A DNA stretch of 64,000 nucleotides from Octopus bimaculoides. Taxonomy: Eukaryota. The position numbers were made by a program, and so were the translations under genes. Under the pieces are notes generated by a model. That model did no database searches, was not told the origin of the DNA, and was given only the letters and a program-made list of their open reading frames with translations. Of this stretch, positions 1 to 12,454 are shown one piece after another. The stretch spans positions 78,087,474 through 78,151,473 of the forward strand of contig NC_068981.1 of the NCBI RefSeq assembly GCF_001194135.2, written 5' to 3'. The stretch's first letter is position 1, and each line of letters begins with the position of its first letter.

Positions 1-318
1 GGCGCGATCGGGACAAGGCACGACGGTCAGGCGGTATTCGATGACGGACGCGATGTACGCGTTCGCCACCTCCGCCCGACCTTTTAGGGACAGCTTCCTC
101 TCGGACGATTGCCGGCAGAGAGTGGCCACCCTACTCGTTATCTCGTCCCAGTTCTTCTCCGTTTGCAGGTCCGGACCGAACCAGACTCCGAGCAACTTGA
201 CCGGACCGTCCGTCCAGCGTCCCACTACTGAGGCGCTGCCGGACGGTATGGGCTTGCTTCTCCAGGTGCCGAGCAGCAAACCCACCGACTTATCCCGGTT
301 GATTTTCGCTCCCGTCAT
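1..318 (-). mobile_element. Tx1/L1-clade non-LTR retrotransposon ORF2 fragment (end of RT and thumb), 5'-truncated, continues off the left edge
   Basis: Minus frame 318->1 is open for 106 codons: MTGAKINRDKSVGLLLGTWRSK...VKLLGVWFGPDLQTEKNWDEITSRV...RKLSLKGRAEVANAYIASVIEYRL. GAKINxxKS, LLGVWFG and LSLKGR are typical of L1/Tx1 ORF2. GC- and CpG-rich with an abrupt switch to AT-rich DNA at about 319. Confidence 0.85.
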
Positions 319-489
319 ATGATATAAATTCCTCTCAAAAATAGATGATTACATATAGAACTTATAACAACACAATGCTAAAATTTGTATATGAATATAT
401 ACATATGAACATAAATATATACATATTGATAGCATATACACACATGTGCACCCTCTCCCCATATGTATGTATAATTCTTACTTGCATAA

Positions 490-1460
490 TTAAAGGTAAA
501 CTCTCTATTACTATTTTATATTTTATTGTTAATTGCTTTTGTATTATCTGTTAGATTTTGTGTAGAGGAGTATGCTAGTTTCAATATATGTCTATTATAA
601 AATTTTATCTATTTGAGAAGGGAAGTGTTTTTGGGGTTCGTGAATTTTTAGGGTTAGGTTTGGACCATGTAATATTTCTCATGCATAACCTGTTTCTACT
701 TGTTTTATTGCTATTGAGTGGTGTATGGTCAATTTTAAATTTAGTCAGTCTTCTACAGCCATATTGGGTGTGATGACTATCATACAAGTACAGATTATCA
801 TGCATTTATTACATGTACTTCTAGTAAATTGAGGTCTATTACCTAGAGGTCTATTACCTAGAAGTCTATTACAATAGAAAGTAAAAAGAGGATTGTCCAT
901 GTGTAGACCAACCACTTATTCCAGGAACTCCTTTTTAATGTTGTATAATATGCATATACCAAAGAGGTATATGCTCTGAGTCACTCAAATCCATGGTTAT
1001 ATCAAAATTGTTAGGTTTGTCCTTTCTAATCCAGCAATTACCTTTGAATTAAATAACTGTTTTCCTTGCTGATACTCTCTACTTTTTGTCTAGATAATTT
1101 ACATTTTTTTATTGTGAAAATTGGAGGTCTGTTGGGAAGAATAGGGATAATAGAGTAGTTGCTAGAAATGTCCATTTGCATAAATTTAATATCTTTTTTT
1201 AAGCTTTTAAACCAATTTATAATTCTATAGTGTTAGTCCATAAATTAATCCAACTTTCTTTCTTAAAAGTATATATATTTATATATATAAAAGCTTTCTA
1301 ATTTTCTATGTAAAATTTATATTTTTAATGTAATGAAAATTCTACAATGCAAATTATGTAATTTTCTCAACTTTTCTGTGACAATTTCAATTCTGTTTTC
1401 TGGGTAACAACTCCATTAAGATAACCAGTATTGTTGATCTTGAAATAAACAAAGCCAATA
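490..1460 (-). mobile_element. Decayed Penelope-like element, RT and thumb remnant
   Basis: Minus-strand pieces in the expected order across stops and frameshifts: FITLK, NLWTNTIEL..IKFMQMDI, WIRKDKPNNFDITMD (cf. FDITMGSYDG), RNITW (cf. RxIIWFNPP), YNRHILKLAYSSTQNL..AINNKI (cf. FNRNTVKxSYSCxxN). Confidence 0.7.
831..875 (+). repeat. 15-bp tandem repeat x3 (GAGGTCTATTACCTA)
   Basis: Two perfect copies and one diverged copy read directly. Confidence 0.9.
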
Positions 1461-2334
1461 AATATTCATTTGTATGTCGGTAGCTTTCATTCATTCATTC
1501 ATTTATTTTTTCCCCATAATTGTTTGTAATAAGAAGATATGTTTTCTTGACAGTATTTCATAAGTTTTATGGTTTAAAATTTTGAACCATATTACTAAGA
1601 TACTGTCAAGAATGTGTGTATGTATGTATATAAAAGCAATTCAAACTAATCATTGTACATGGGTTATTTAAAATTTTGATATGACAGTCGTCAGATATTT
1701 TTTTTTTTTTTCTTAGTATAAAACACAAACAATATCGATATTAGTATATATTGCTTTATTGCATATGTTCAATTCTGTGTGTGTGTGTTTTCAGGTTATT
1801 TATTTATATACATCTTTTGCAAATATTACTTGAGTTGATGAATAAGAATAATAATTTCATTTTATCGTTATATCTCTGGCTTTATTATTATCTTTTTATG
1901 TTTTGCATGGCACTTCATTTTGTTTTGTTTTTTTACTTGTGATGTCAAGTCAAAACACACCGAGTAAAGTTGTAATAAATTTTCCTGCCCTTTTCCTAAA
2001 TTCATGTTACTTTTTAGTTGTAAGCTATCAGCAATGAAAAGTGTATATTGTGTTAAATATTTCCAAATGTTCTGGAGTTAAAAACAGATTGGGATATTTT
2101 TATTGAATAGGAACTAAACTTATCCATGAGTCATGAAGTAAATATTTTAGTATGTATTAGGATTGCTGAACTAAATATTTATACTATTGTTAAAAATAGT
2201 ACAAATGTGTACCATTTTACTTATTTAAAGTCATGACTACTTTAAATAAATGAAATAGTACATGAACAGTCTTGACTTATGTACACTAACCTCTTGAAAC
2301 TGAAATGAAATATCCACAACTGTGTGTCTTATAT

Positions 2335-2761
2335 AAATAGTCGCTGTTAAGCTAATAATTTTTTTAAGCATCAACTTTAAAGTTGTTATACCTCAGCTCA
2401 GAATAAATTATATTAATCAAAATAGTAATTATTAGAATCTACCTACTTTTTTCCAAAAAGAAACGAGTCTATTTGTTCTGCTGATATAGAATTCTGGAGT
2501 CCTGGAATTGGTGAATTAAACTGCTGTTTGATTGATGAAAATCTTTCACGTACAGGAGGTTACCATGATGTCTGAAAAGTGGTTGTTGCTCAGGTAAAAG
2601 CCAGGGGAGTAGGCTGAATGAGACAAAATTTTGTAGCCCTGTTTGATATACTGTTGTAGAGTCATTTGCATGATATATGATTAGGTTTTGTCCTAGAGAA
2701 GAATTGGTACTTCCCAAGTGACTAATACCGGGTGTAATTGTTACAGTTTTTGATGCATTTG

Positions 2762-2807
<46 letters not shown>

Positions 2808-4169
2808 AAAGTCTTCTTTGTTGTGAAGGTTTTGCCATTGATTCAGGAAATAATTGTGAATGATGCCACATGCTGATCAACAAACAGTGATCATAACTTT
2901 CTTTTGATACAGCTGCAGTTTGTTGAAACATTTTGGAGCTTCTCCTTTATCTAGCCATTGTATGGAATACCATTAGTTGTCACACACAATCCATTTTTCA
3001 TCATGTCATAACACAATCAAGAAATGGTTTGTATTTGTCGTGTGAAAGAAGCTCATAGCAGGCTTCATAACAGGTTTTTTGTTTTTTTTTCTGCTTATAT
3101 GACACCCATTTTTTAAAACATTTTTGACTTTGCAGTGGTAATACAAATGACAAACAATAGTAGAATAGTCGATATTTAGTTCTTCTGAAATGCCTTGAGT
3201 TGTCTTGCATTCGTCATCAGTCCAATCATTATCACCATCAACATTTAACGCCCATTTTCCATGCTGGCATGGGTTAGGCAATTTGACTGAAAACTGGTGA
3301 GCTGGGGAGCTGCACCAGGTTCCAATGTGATTTGGTGTGATTTCAACAGCTAGATGCCCTTCTTAATGCCAACCACTCTAGGAGTGTAGTGGGTGCTTCT
3401 TACATGCCAGTGACACAGGTGCCATTTATGAAACACTGGCATTGACCACAACTATGATCTCACTTGACTTGACAGGTCTTCTCAAGCATGGTGTATTGCC
3501 AAAGATCTTGGTCACTTGTCACTGCTTCCATGAGGCCTAACATTCAAATGATGTTGCTTACGTGCCACCGGCATGGATGCCAATTACATGACACTGGCAT
3601 CAACCATGATTATGATTTCACTTGGGTTGACGGGTCTTCTCAAGCATAGCATATTGCCCAACGTTTGAAGGGTGCTTTTTATGTGTCAGTTACTTGACAC
3701 TGGCATTGGCCACGAATACTATTTCACTTGGCTTGATTGGTCTTCTCAAGCACAGCATATCATCAAAGCTCTCAGTCACATGTCATTGCCTCCCTGAGGC
3801 TGTAAATCACTAAATGTTATCCACAATCTTCTTCAGAGCTCTTATTTCCATTGTGAAATTCTTGGACCCTATGTTAAGCTACATGTTTGTTGACAGACCT
3901 TTGCTTCTATTCTTGATTGCTATTATAAGCATTTTCTATTGCTACGAGTTTGGTTTTGAAGCCATATAATGTAAGTGCTTGAATTTAATTTATTTTTTAA
4001 CAACTTAAAATATTAAAAAATGGATGGAAAATCATTGGCATAAGTCAAAAGATTAAAATCTACTTCAAAGTAGTATATTGCATGAACATAGCTAAATAAA
4101 AGTTAATACAAAACAGATATGAAATTCTAAAATAACAAAAAGCCATAATTAATGATGCACTAACCTATA
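2335..4169 (-). mobile_element. Decayed mariner transposon interrupted by a SINE (3231-3810) and a T42 tract (2764-2805)
   Basis: Minus-strand pieces: IQALTLYGFK..SVNKH..EFHNGNKS (3820-3990); TTQGISEELNIDYSTIVCHL; FLDCVMT*DEKWI; WLDKGEAP..QKKVMITV; MHQKLQQLHPVLV; GYKILSHSAYSP; PEFY..LVS. Degenerate TIR TATAGGTTAGTGCATCATTAATT ending at 4169. Length minus the SINE is about 1.25 kb, mariner-sized. Confidence 0.8.
3231..3810 (-). mobile_element. RTE-tailed SINE-like element with three internal repeat modules
   Basis: Reverse complement of the shared body TGGTTGGCATTAAGAAGGGCATCTAGC...CCCATGCCAGCATGGAAAA...GTTAAATGTTGATG. Module GACACTGGCAT..TCACTTG..GGTCTTCTCAAGCA recurs at about 3433, 3590 and 3696. 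Confidence 0.8.
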
Positions 4170-4763
4170 GCTAATACAAACTGAAAACTAATTAGTTATA
4201 AAATTATTGAACCAGGAGAATGCCAAATAATTTAGTGAAATCCTCCAGCCTAGAGGACACTAAATATATGTGTGAGTTTTTTCAGAAAATGATAGAAAAT
4301 TGTATTTTGTTATAGTTTGTTTTATTTAATTTGCCTAATCCCGGCAAACCAGATTGAACAGGCCTATAATCAAATACATTCCCTGAATAACTATTCAGTC
4401 ATTTTACTTGTCTAAAACTATATTGTCCAATGTGGTATATGAGATATTTGACTATTGTTTCTAACAGCTCAAGTCTCATTGGCTTGTTTTAATTTATTAT
4501 TTTATTCTAAAATGGTGGTGGGGGGGTTCTTCATTGCTTTAACTTTTTCTTTTTCTATCGCTGTCATAATTTACTGCCAAGATTTTTTCATTTGAAAATT
4601 AAACAAATTGGTTTCATAGGATTTGAACTTATTTACCAAACATATGTCATCTTTTATACTGATATTGAGTAGTGAAAATTCTTCCACTGAGCATTGTGTA
4701 GCATTGTTTGACAAGAGACATTATTCTAAATCATTTTATCTCCATTTTATTCTGATTTCAAGG

Positions 4764-4930
4764 GAGTGAATTGCCACAGTTGTCAGAGCATCAGATAAAA
4801 TGCCTTACAGTATTTGTTCCAGCTTTCTGCGCTCTAAGTTCAAACCTTACTACTGAGATCAACTTTGCATTTTATATTTTCATGGTTGAGAAAAAATAGT
4901 GCTAATTCAGGGGGATTGGTTGAACTATTA
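4764..4930 (+). mobile_element. tRNA-headed SINE (GCCTTTCATCC-core family), diverged
   Basis: Aligns by eye to the young copy at 54887-55123 (AAATGCCTTACAGTATT...AGTTCAAA...CAACTTTGCATTTTAT). Confidence 0.6.
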
Positions 4931-5705
4931 GAGGATGTGGTGAGATGCCTTGGGGTGTCTGTACTTTCTCTTTGCATTGTAATGGCAAGGCCTGTGACAA
5001 CACTGATGACAAACTGTATTGGTCCCTGTTATCAGTTTTTCCATTGGGTAAACATCAGTGATGTGGGAAGAAGTGACTTGCATTTATGGGCAATAGTCAG
5101 TCTTCCTCAAAACATCTTGTCCAGGAATACACATACATGCTAAGGTGCATGGGCAACTATCCAGGCCTGTCCATGTGCAACTACATGATAACATAAACTG
5201 AGAGAGGTTCCACTTTATTATTCCAAATCTGAGTGGTTCATTAATACTGTAAAAGAATCCAGCTGTGGAAGAATTTTTACCTGCAATTTATTCTAATAAC
5301 AAACTTTCTAAACCATCTTATCCATTCATAACAAAAATTAATGTATACATAGAAAATATGATAGATTTAAAGTTAGAAAATAAAATGTAAGGAGTTTAAG
5401 TGTATATGAACATTATAGATTTGAAACATTCTGTATGGTTAGTACCAACTTGCTTTAGACCACCACTGATTCTATGATACAAAATGTCAAGAGTTTGTAT
5501 TTAAAGATGACCTTCCATCATATTTTACTTAAGTCCACATAGCAAATTTATATTGGAAGATAAAATAAAATAAAATTGGGGACGTATGGTAAATTTTCCA
5601 TCTTCAGCATTTTTGCTTGGTATTAATTTTTTTTTCTTTTTTTGTGTTTGTATATGTATTCTACTGGCAAAATAAATGTACATGGACAATGAATTTATAA
5701 TGTAG

Positions 5706-5910
5706 ACTAGCAGCTAAGCCTGGTTTCACCCGGTCTGTTTGGATGATGTGGCTGTGATCGTTTTCGGTTAGGTATAATCTATAACAGTGTTTCTCAACCT
5801 TATCATTTCGGGTCCCCTGTTTCGATTGGAGCCTCCAGCTGTATGAACATTTCTTGACCCCCACCTCCCACTTGTCCGAAAACAGCTTCAGGAGTTGTGA
5901 AGAGCGAATT
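5706..5910. mobile_element. Possible Helitron/Helentron-like non-autonomous fragment
   Basis: CpG-richer island starting ACTAGCAGCTAAGCCTGGTTTCACCCGG, with a short subterminal inverted repeat. Family assignment is by resemblance only. Confidence 0.3.
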
Positions 5911-6223
5911 TGTACATAGTCTGTTTGTGAGAGCTATTCTATTGGACCTCTGTCTAATCATTAAAACAGTGATTTGATTATGAACATAGAAAGAAATTAT
6001 ACATTAATCCTTATTTTTGTAAGCAGTTGTATCCATAAAAATTTTATTTGCAGAGAGCAGAAATTGAAAGAAGATATATGAAATGGACATGTGTGTGTAT
6101 GCTCGTGTGTGTGTGTGTGTGCATGCGTGTGTGCTCATTGTATGATATTTTTACGATAGTTGATTTATGGAAAATATTGTTAAATTTTTGAAATGCAAAT
6201 ATGTGAATGAAAATTAAGTTCAG

Positions 6224-6290
6224 ACCTCTACATGGTAGCTAGACCTGGTAGAAATAGCAGCCAAATCTCCCTCAAAACACCCTACTGTTT
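6224..6290 (+). mobile_element. 5' head fragment of the (AAC)n-tailed repeat family
   Basis: ACCTCTACATGGT...TAGAAATAGCAGCCAAATCTCCCTCAAA matches the reverse complement of 50641-50693. Confidence 0.65.
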
Positions 6291-7203
6291 TAATCCAACA
6301 ATTCTGCCTATTATGTAGTTTGAATGAGAAACTGTAACTAAAGATAAAGATTATTAGCCCCACAAAGAGGTGAAAGAAGAGAGACAGCATAGTGAAAGTT
6401 TTGGCTGACTGTCATCCTGTACTCCCCTTGTTGGTAGCGAAATGGTATATACTGGCTGTGTGAACAACTGGTTGTTTTAATGGCAGAATAAACGGGAATT
6501 CCATTAGAAAAAATTTTAATCAATTTTCTCGGTAACTATAGGGGCTAGGAAAAAAATACAAACCGAATTCCAATCTATGCACATGTGTGCCATTTTTCAC
6601 ATGAATCCACCCAGCTGTTTGGCTGTGAACCTCAAGACAAGAAAGAATATAACGATCGCCCATGTCCAATTTATATTATAGATTTATGACAGTTTTTTCT
6701 TTTAATCTTCATCCTACACTCTTCTTTGTGTACAACTTGCATTAGTTAACTTTTTATAATTTTCTAAAAAGAGCAGTATGTTAATTAGGTTGCTCCTTTT
6801 TTTTTTTTCTTTTAGGTATAAATGAGTGAAACAAAGGAAGAAGTGGAAGAATGTTTCTTTTGGAAAATGTTATGCTTGTTCAATGAAATCTAAATTTATT
6901 TAATATTTCATATTTTTCTGTATCTTAATTAACATATTCTTTCTTGATTAAAAAAAAAGTAAAGTTATTTTATGAATTTCATCCATATTTTGATTACAAA
7001 TTTCAAAATAAATCAAAACACATAGGCAGTGTACTTCATTAAAAATTTGGTCACAGTAGCTTTTTAAGGAATTGGTTGAGTTATCAAATTATTGCATAAA
7101 CAATATTTAATTTAATTCTGAAGTGAAAACCAGTAACAAACATTAAAACCACCTGCACCTCGCACCACTTACACTCCTTCCTCCTTACACAGATACTCTT
7201 TTA

Positions 7204-7424
7204 TTTGAGGGGGTGCTGAAAAGTTCTTTGCTTTAAGGGTGTTGTGGAAGGTCTGGTTGGAGGCCCAACCTTCTGAGTTCTTTTACAGAGCTTAGAAAAA
7301 ACTGAAGAACTGCTACAATAAGTGTGTGAATCTGAGGGGAATATGTTGCATAAAATCATGATTAACTGATCCTCCTGTATTTTCTTTTACCCAAAGCCAG
7401 GAACTTTTTAGCACCCCTTCATAT
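7204..7424 (+). mobile_element. Mariner-derived MITE, about 220 bp
   Basis: TIRs GAGGGGGTGCTGAAAAGTTC (7207-7226) and GAACTTTTTAGCACCCCTTC-ATA (7401-7423). The interior keeps the transposase tail (..AATAAGTGTGTGAATCTGAGGGGAATATGTTG, cf. KCVxLxGEYV). Confidence 0.8.
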
Positions 7425-7710
7425 ATGCACAGAATACCCCTACCTATTCCTCTCTTAACTCCTCTCATAGAAACACATTCCCATCTGACCCCTAAATTTT
7501 TTTTCTTTTTGTGTCTTCCTTCCTGTCTTCTTCCCTCCTTTCCACCACCCTTCTTCCTTTCTCTTTTCTGATGAAAAGCTCTAATGTCTGAAACCTCTTT
7601 TCCTTTTTCTCATCAAGCATGAGACAAATAATACCTTTTTTTTATCAACTTGCTCCCACTTATGTTTTTTCTAGTTTTTTTGTTCATTCACTAAATCAAA
7701 TCGTAGATGA

Positions 7711-7950
7711 TGATGTTGTTGTTGTAAACTTCAGTCCCAAGTTTGTCCTGATTGAACAAACCTATAAGCAAAGCTATTTTATATTCCAGCATGATCATCT
7801 CAACGTTTACTTTTTTAGTTTTCTACAAACAGTGTACTCTGGACTAGATTATCCAATGTGTCTTTCGTAAATCTCTTAAGGTGGCTGGGTATGTAATTAT
7901 GAGGAACAGTTTGGTGATAAATATAGCAAATCATTTGAAGCACCCTCACT
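7711..7950 (-). mobile_element. (AAC)n-tailed repeat family copy
   Basis: GTTGTTGTT tail complement, then CCTGATTGAACAAACCTAT..CATTCCAGCATGATCATC-like sequence and ATTATCCAATGTGTC, as in other copies. Confidence 0.6.
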
Positions 7951-10627
7951 GGCTTATACGAGTAGCAGTAATAATATATCTGAGTGTATTGAATCCAGTA
8001 TAGTTCCCACACTACAAAAATTGATCTTCAAAAGAAATTGGGATGTCAAGTTAAAACCGACTGGAAGTCAGGCAATATTCAAAAGAAAAATATCAAAAAG
8101 AAACCTTATAAATACGGTTTTTAAAGAAGTTAATTAAATTTATGCAGACTCTCTCCCAACACACATGCACCTTCTGTTTAACAGAATATATTTTAGAAAT
8201 AATGAATCTTTATTCAGAGGGCCTCTTTATGTTGGTTTTGCTTTGATTTGCATTAGTTTTTTTTTTTTTTTAGTAATTTGTTTTTAATGCATATGTTCAT
8301 TAGAGCTATTTCTTGGATAAATGTTGTTTCCACACACACACATACACACACAAAAGTACATGTACACACACGCACAACTTCATTTTGTATGTGAAATTTT
8401 AAATAAATATGTAAATAACAAACTCTTTCTAATAATAATAATAAGAAGAAGAAGAGGAAGAAGATATAAATAATAATAAGGATAAATAAATAATAATAAT
8501 AATAATATAAATAACATTTCCGAATGCTTAGCCTTGGAAAATTTAGTCAAAAGATTATAATTGTTTGGATGAGTTTCCATTAATTTTTCTTGTATCCATG
8601 GAATATTTTAGTTAGAAATTAGTTTTTCTTTATATTGTATTTGATAATTTCATGCTACTCATTTTATTCTCACAACACCCTTCCATTAAATTCTCTGAGT
8701 ATCCTTCTGATATCCATTTGCATACGTTTTAACTGAACTTAAATGCAATGAGATCGTTATCTAGTATCTTTCATATATGGATGTTCTAGCAAGAATTCTT
8801 TATTCTTTTTTTTTTTTTTCTGAAATTCTTGTTTTGTTTTTTTTTTACTGTTTTTTTAATTCTTTCAAGAAATCAGAAATTGATCTTTTATCATAAAAGA
8901 ATCTTTTCTAAATGCCAAAAATTAGAAAATAAAAAGAAGTTGAATATAAATAATCTGAATGAAAATAAAATATTAAAAACAAAAATAAAATAAAAACAAA
9001 ATCATGAAGTGAACCATCAAATTTATTCATTTTTATTATTTTGTTATTTATTCTATCATTTCTGAAGTTTTATTTCAAATTTCGAAGAGAAGAACTCAAT
9101 TTGTTTCAGAAGTTAAACACAAATTACAAGGATATTTTATGGCCTTGTGACTGAAGAAATGATGATATCTTTGCACTAACATTCTGGATTCAGAATGCAT
9201 TTAAAAATTGGATCTTTAAACTCACTAAAGCTCTCTTCGAGCAGCTAGAATAATTATATTTAATTGCTTTGTCATCCGCATGTCATCTTTTTAGATATGG
9301 TATTCACTGCTCTCTGATCAACAGTTCAAGATGGCAGTTCAAGGTTACTTTGTTTTTATAATAGCTTTTGAAAACCTAGCTTTTAGCTTAGAAACATTGT
9401 TTGAATATGAACAGCTCGTCTAATTTAGTTAAAATTGGTTTATATTCACAAGTTTAAGTTTCAGACTTTATACTCTGAGCCAGCTAGCTATATTGCTGTT
9501 GGCATCTGGCAGTATTAATAATTGTAAATATGAAATGTTCTGTAAAAGCATGTCCAATTTCAACTATCATTTTTTTTTGTTTTTAGAACAATGGATGGTG
9601 GAAGGTAGTTGTCAATACTGTATTGGAATAATTATAAGAGATGCAATAAGCATTGACAGAACTGCTAGTAATAGCAGTGGTAGTAATGATGATGGTGGAT
9701 TTGATGTAGTTGTTAATGTTGTTATTTTGTTATTTTAAATTCTGAATAATAGTTGCGGCAATAATATTTACATTGTAATGATTGTAGTAGTAGCAATAGT
9801 AGAAATGTTGTTTGCAACTGCAATAACAGCAATTTTAATCAAAAATGGGCGTTTTTATACAGCAGGTAGCATTGTTAGATTGAAAAACTTGCTGAAAAGA
9901 CTGTATTTGCATATGAATGTACATCCTTTGAGTAACAAGTTTCATACACAATATCTATGTCTTTTATTTTCTTTCCCTTTACTTGTTTCAGTCATTGGTC
10001 TGTGGCCATGTTGGGGCAACACCTTATCTATGTAAATAAATTTATTTTCTTGTAGGAAAAGACTCAAGTTTGTTCCTTTGATTTTAATTCTTCTTGAGCC
10101 ATTGTGTTGTATGTAACCCAGCATACTATTGGTACTTAATTTATAAACCCTAGAATGTGAAATATAGTCAACTACAGAAAGCTTTCAAATATGAAAACAC
10201 TAGTACCAAACTAGATATTAAGGATGTATTTACAGTTATACTACCAAAATAATTAAAATAACCTACTGATATATTGTAACTATATTTCCATGATATGGAA
10301 AAGCACTTTCACTGTAATGTCATGTATCTTTGTGAGCATAACAAAAAACATACTTTGGCATGTAGAAAATTACAGCTGGTTAAATGAATATAGTTAAATA
10401 GGTGAAAGTAATTAATACTTTGAACATAAAAACTACAATAGATTCAAGCATGCAATGAAATAAAAAATAATTAGTTGAATACTAATTTAATGTTATAATT
10501 TTTTCATTAGAAAGTAATAAAGGTAATTTGAATCATTTTATGATGTAGCAGCAATTTAATTGCTGAGTAAATGAACAAGGATGTTTGTTTGATGGCATAC
10601 TAAAAGAGAGAGAGAGAGAGTTATTTT

Positions 10628-11070
10628 TAATCCTTCACTTGTTTCAGACACTGGACTGTGGCTATGCTGGGACACCACCTTGAGGGATTATGTTGAACAA
10701 ACCAACCCCAGTATCGCACACACACACACACACATACACACACACACACGCACACACACACACACACTCGCACGCACACACACACGCACACACTCGCACG
10801 CACACACACACACACNNNNNNNNNNNNNNNNNNNNNNNNNNNNNNNNNNNNNNNNNNNNNNNNNNNNNNNNNNNTGTTTGAGTATTTTACATACACACAC
10901 ACACAGGCACACACACACACACACTGGGTTTCTTTCAGTTTCTGTCTACCAAATCTACTCACAGTTGCCCTGGGACTATAGTGGAAGACACTAGTCCAAG
11001 GTGTCAAGTGGGACTGAACCCCAAGCCATGTGGTTGGGAAGCAAACTTCTTACCATTCAGCCACACTCGC
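10628..11070 (-). mobile_element. tRNA-headed SINE with CORE-like body and internal (CA)n, gapped
   Basis: Reverse complement of GTGGCTGAATGGTAAGAAGTTTGCTTCCCAACCACATGG..GGGTTCAGTCCCAC..CTTGGAC..TGTCTTCCACTATAG..TGAGTAGATTTGGTAGACAGAAACTGAAAG. Same family as 36412-36780. Confidence 0.8.
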
Positions 11071-11520
11071 ATCTAATTATTTAAGAATTCAAAAAATATT
11101 TTTGAGATATGGTGGTGACTTGGAAGAGTTGTTGGAATGTTGGATCGGTTGCCTGAGTTCAAATTCTGCCAAGGTCAGCTTTTGCATTTCATCCTTTCAA
11201 GGTTGGCAAAAGAAAATAGCAATCAAGATTGATGAGTTGGTAGAACTGTTTGATGATCAAGCTAACATGCCTTGTAGTATCTGTTGTTTCTTTGCAGTTT
11301 GACAGCAATATCTGTGATGACACTGACATCCAAGCTGTATCATCCCTCATTGGTATTTTTGCCTTGAATATACATTGGTCATGTGAAGAGAGGAGAGACT
11401 TGCATGCACTAGAAACCACTAGTCTTCTTCAAAGCAAACTTATCCAGTCCTGCACATCTCCATCCAGTAGCAGTCAGCCTTGAACAATGGAGGCCCTAAT
11501 TTTGAGGTCCCATCTGAATC

Positions 11521-11746
11521 TTAAACTTTCAGCATTTAAACTGACTACATCTAATCCAAATATTCTATCTTCTTTATGATCAAACTTGCTGGATCCAGCC
11601 TCTCACACCAACCCTGCCATGTCATTCTAAAAATTAACAATCACATCATCAGAATCTCGATGGTAAAAGATAATGCATGATTAATTCTATACAATATGAA
11701 TAAATGAGCATTAAATTTGACAGTAATTGGAATGCTAAAGAGTTAG
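11521..11746. mobile_element. MITE with TTAACCCTTTAGCATT-type TIRs (piggyBac-like ends)
   Basis: Left TTAAACTTTCAGCATT, right AATGCTAAAGAGTTAG. Interior is homologous to 39006-39231. Confidence 0.7.
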
Positions 11747-12454
11747 CATACTTATTAGGTGAAGAATCAAGTATTCATGTATTGCTGCTGGTGCAGAGTT
11801 GTGATTATGGATGAACTCTCACTTGCTCTGTGCACCTCAATATGTGTAGATAAAAATATAAAGTAATGCTTACTGCTCCAAGCATTGGTAGTACAGAATC
11901 GTATATAAATATTTCATTAGATTGCATTGAAGAGGTATCATCTGAAGGGTACATGTAGGAGAAAGATAATCTTTATCTTAGCTGATTTGGCCCAGATGTA
12001 ATAAATGAATACAGTGTACTGCAGTATCCAACTCAGTTATTTTCCTTTTATAGGACACTTACCTCACACAAATATACGCACACATGCATACACATTTTAA
12101 TACAGTCTACTAGAAAGACATGTATACAACTGTTGATGTGTATGCATGCATGTACCTATGATTTTGAGTTTTAAAACAAGAAAGCTTGTCACCTTGTTTG
12201 CTGCTGGCTTTTATTCTGTTAAGAACTTTTGGGAAGAGTACATTCATACATACAAGAATAGTTTTAGGGTTATTCATTATCATCATTTTAACATCTGCTT
12301 TTCCATGCTTTCATGGGTTGGATGGAGTATATTGAAGCAGATTTTCTATGACTAGGTACTCCTCCTGCTACCAATGCTCACCTGGTTCCACACCTGCTTG
12401 TATGACAGTGATCACATAATATCACACACACACAAAAACACACACATATAGTTA

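Noticed and set aside
41-322. Plus-strand 93-aa ORF
   Set aside because: Antisense shadow of the Tx1-like ORF2 frame on the minus strand.
6817-6894. Strong acceptor followed by ATGAGTGAAACAAAGG (MSETKEEVEE..)
   Set aside because: A stop follows within 25 codons, there is no convincing donor, and I see no homology.
9074-9253. Plus frame with a single in-frame TGA (possible selenocysteine)
   Set aside because: No recognisable selenoprotein motif or SECIS; expected by chance.
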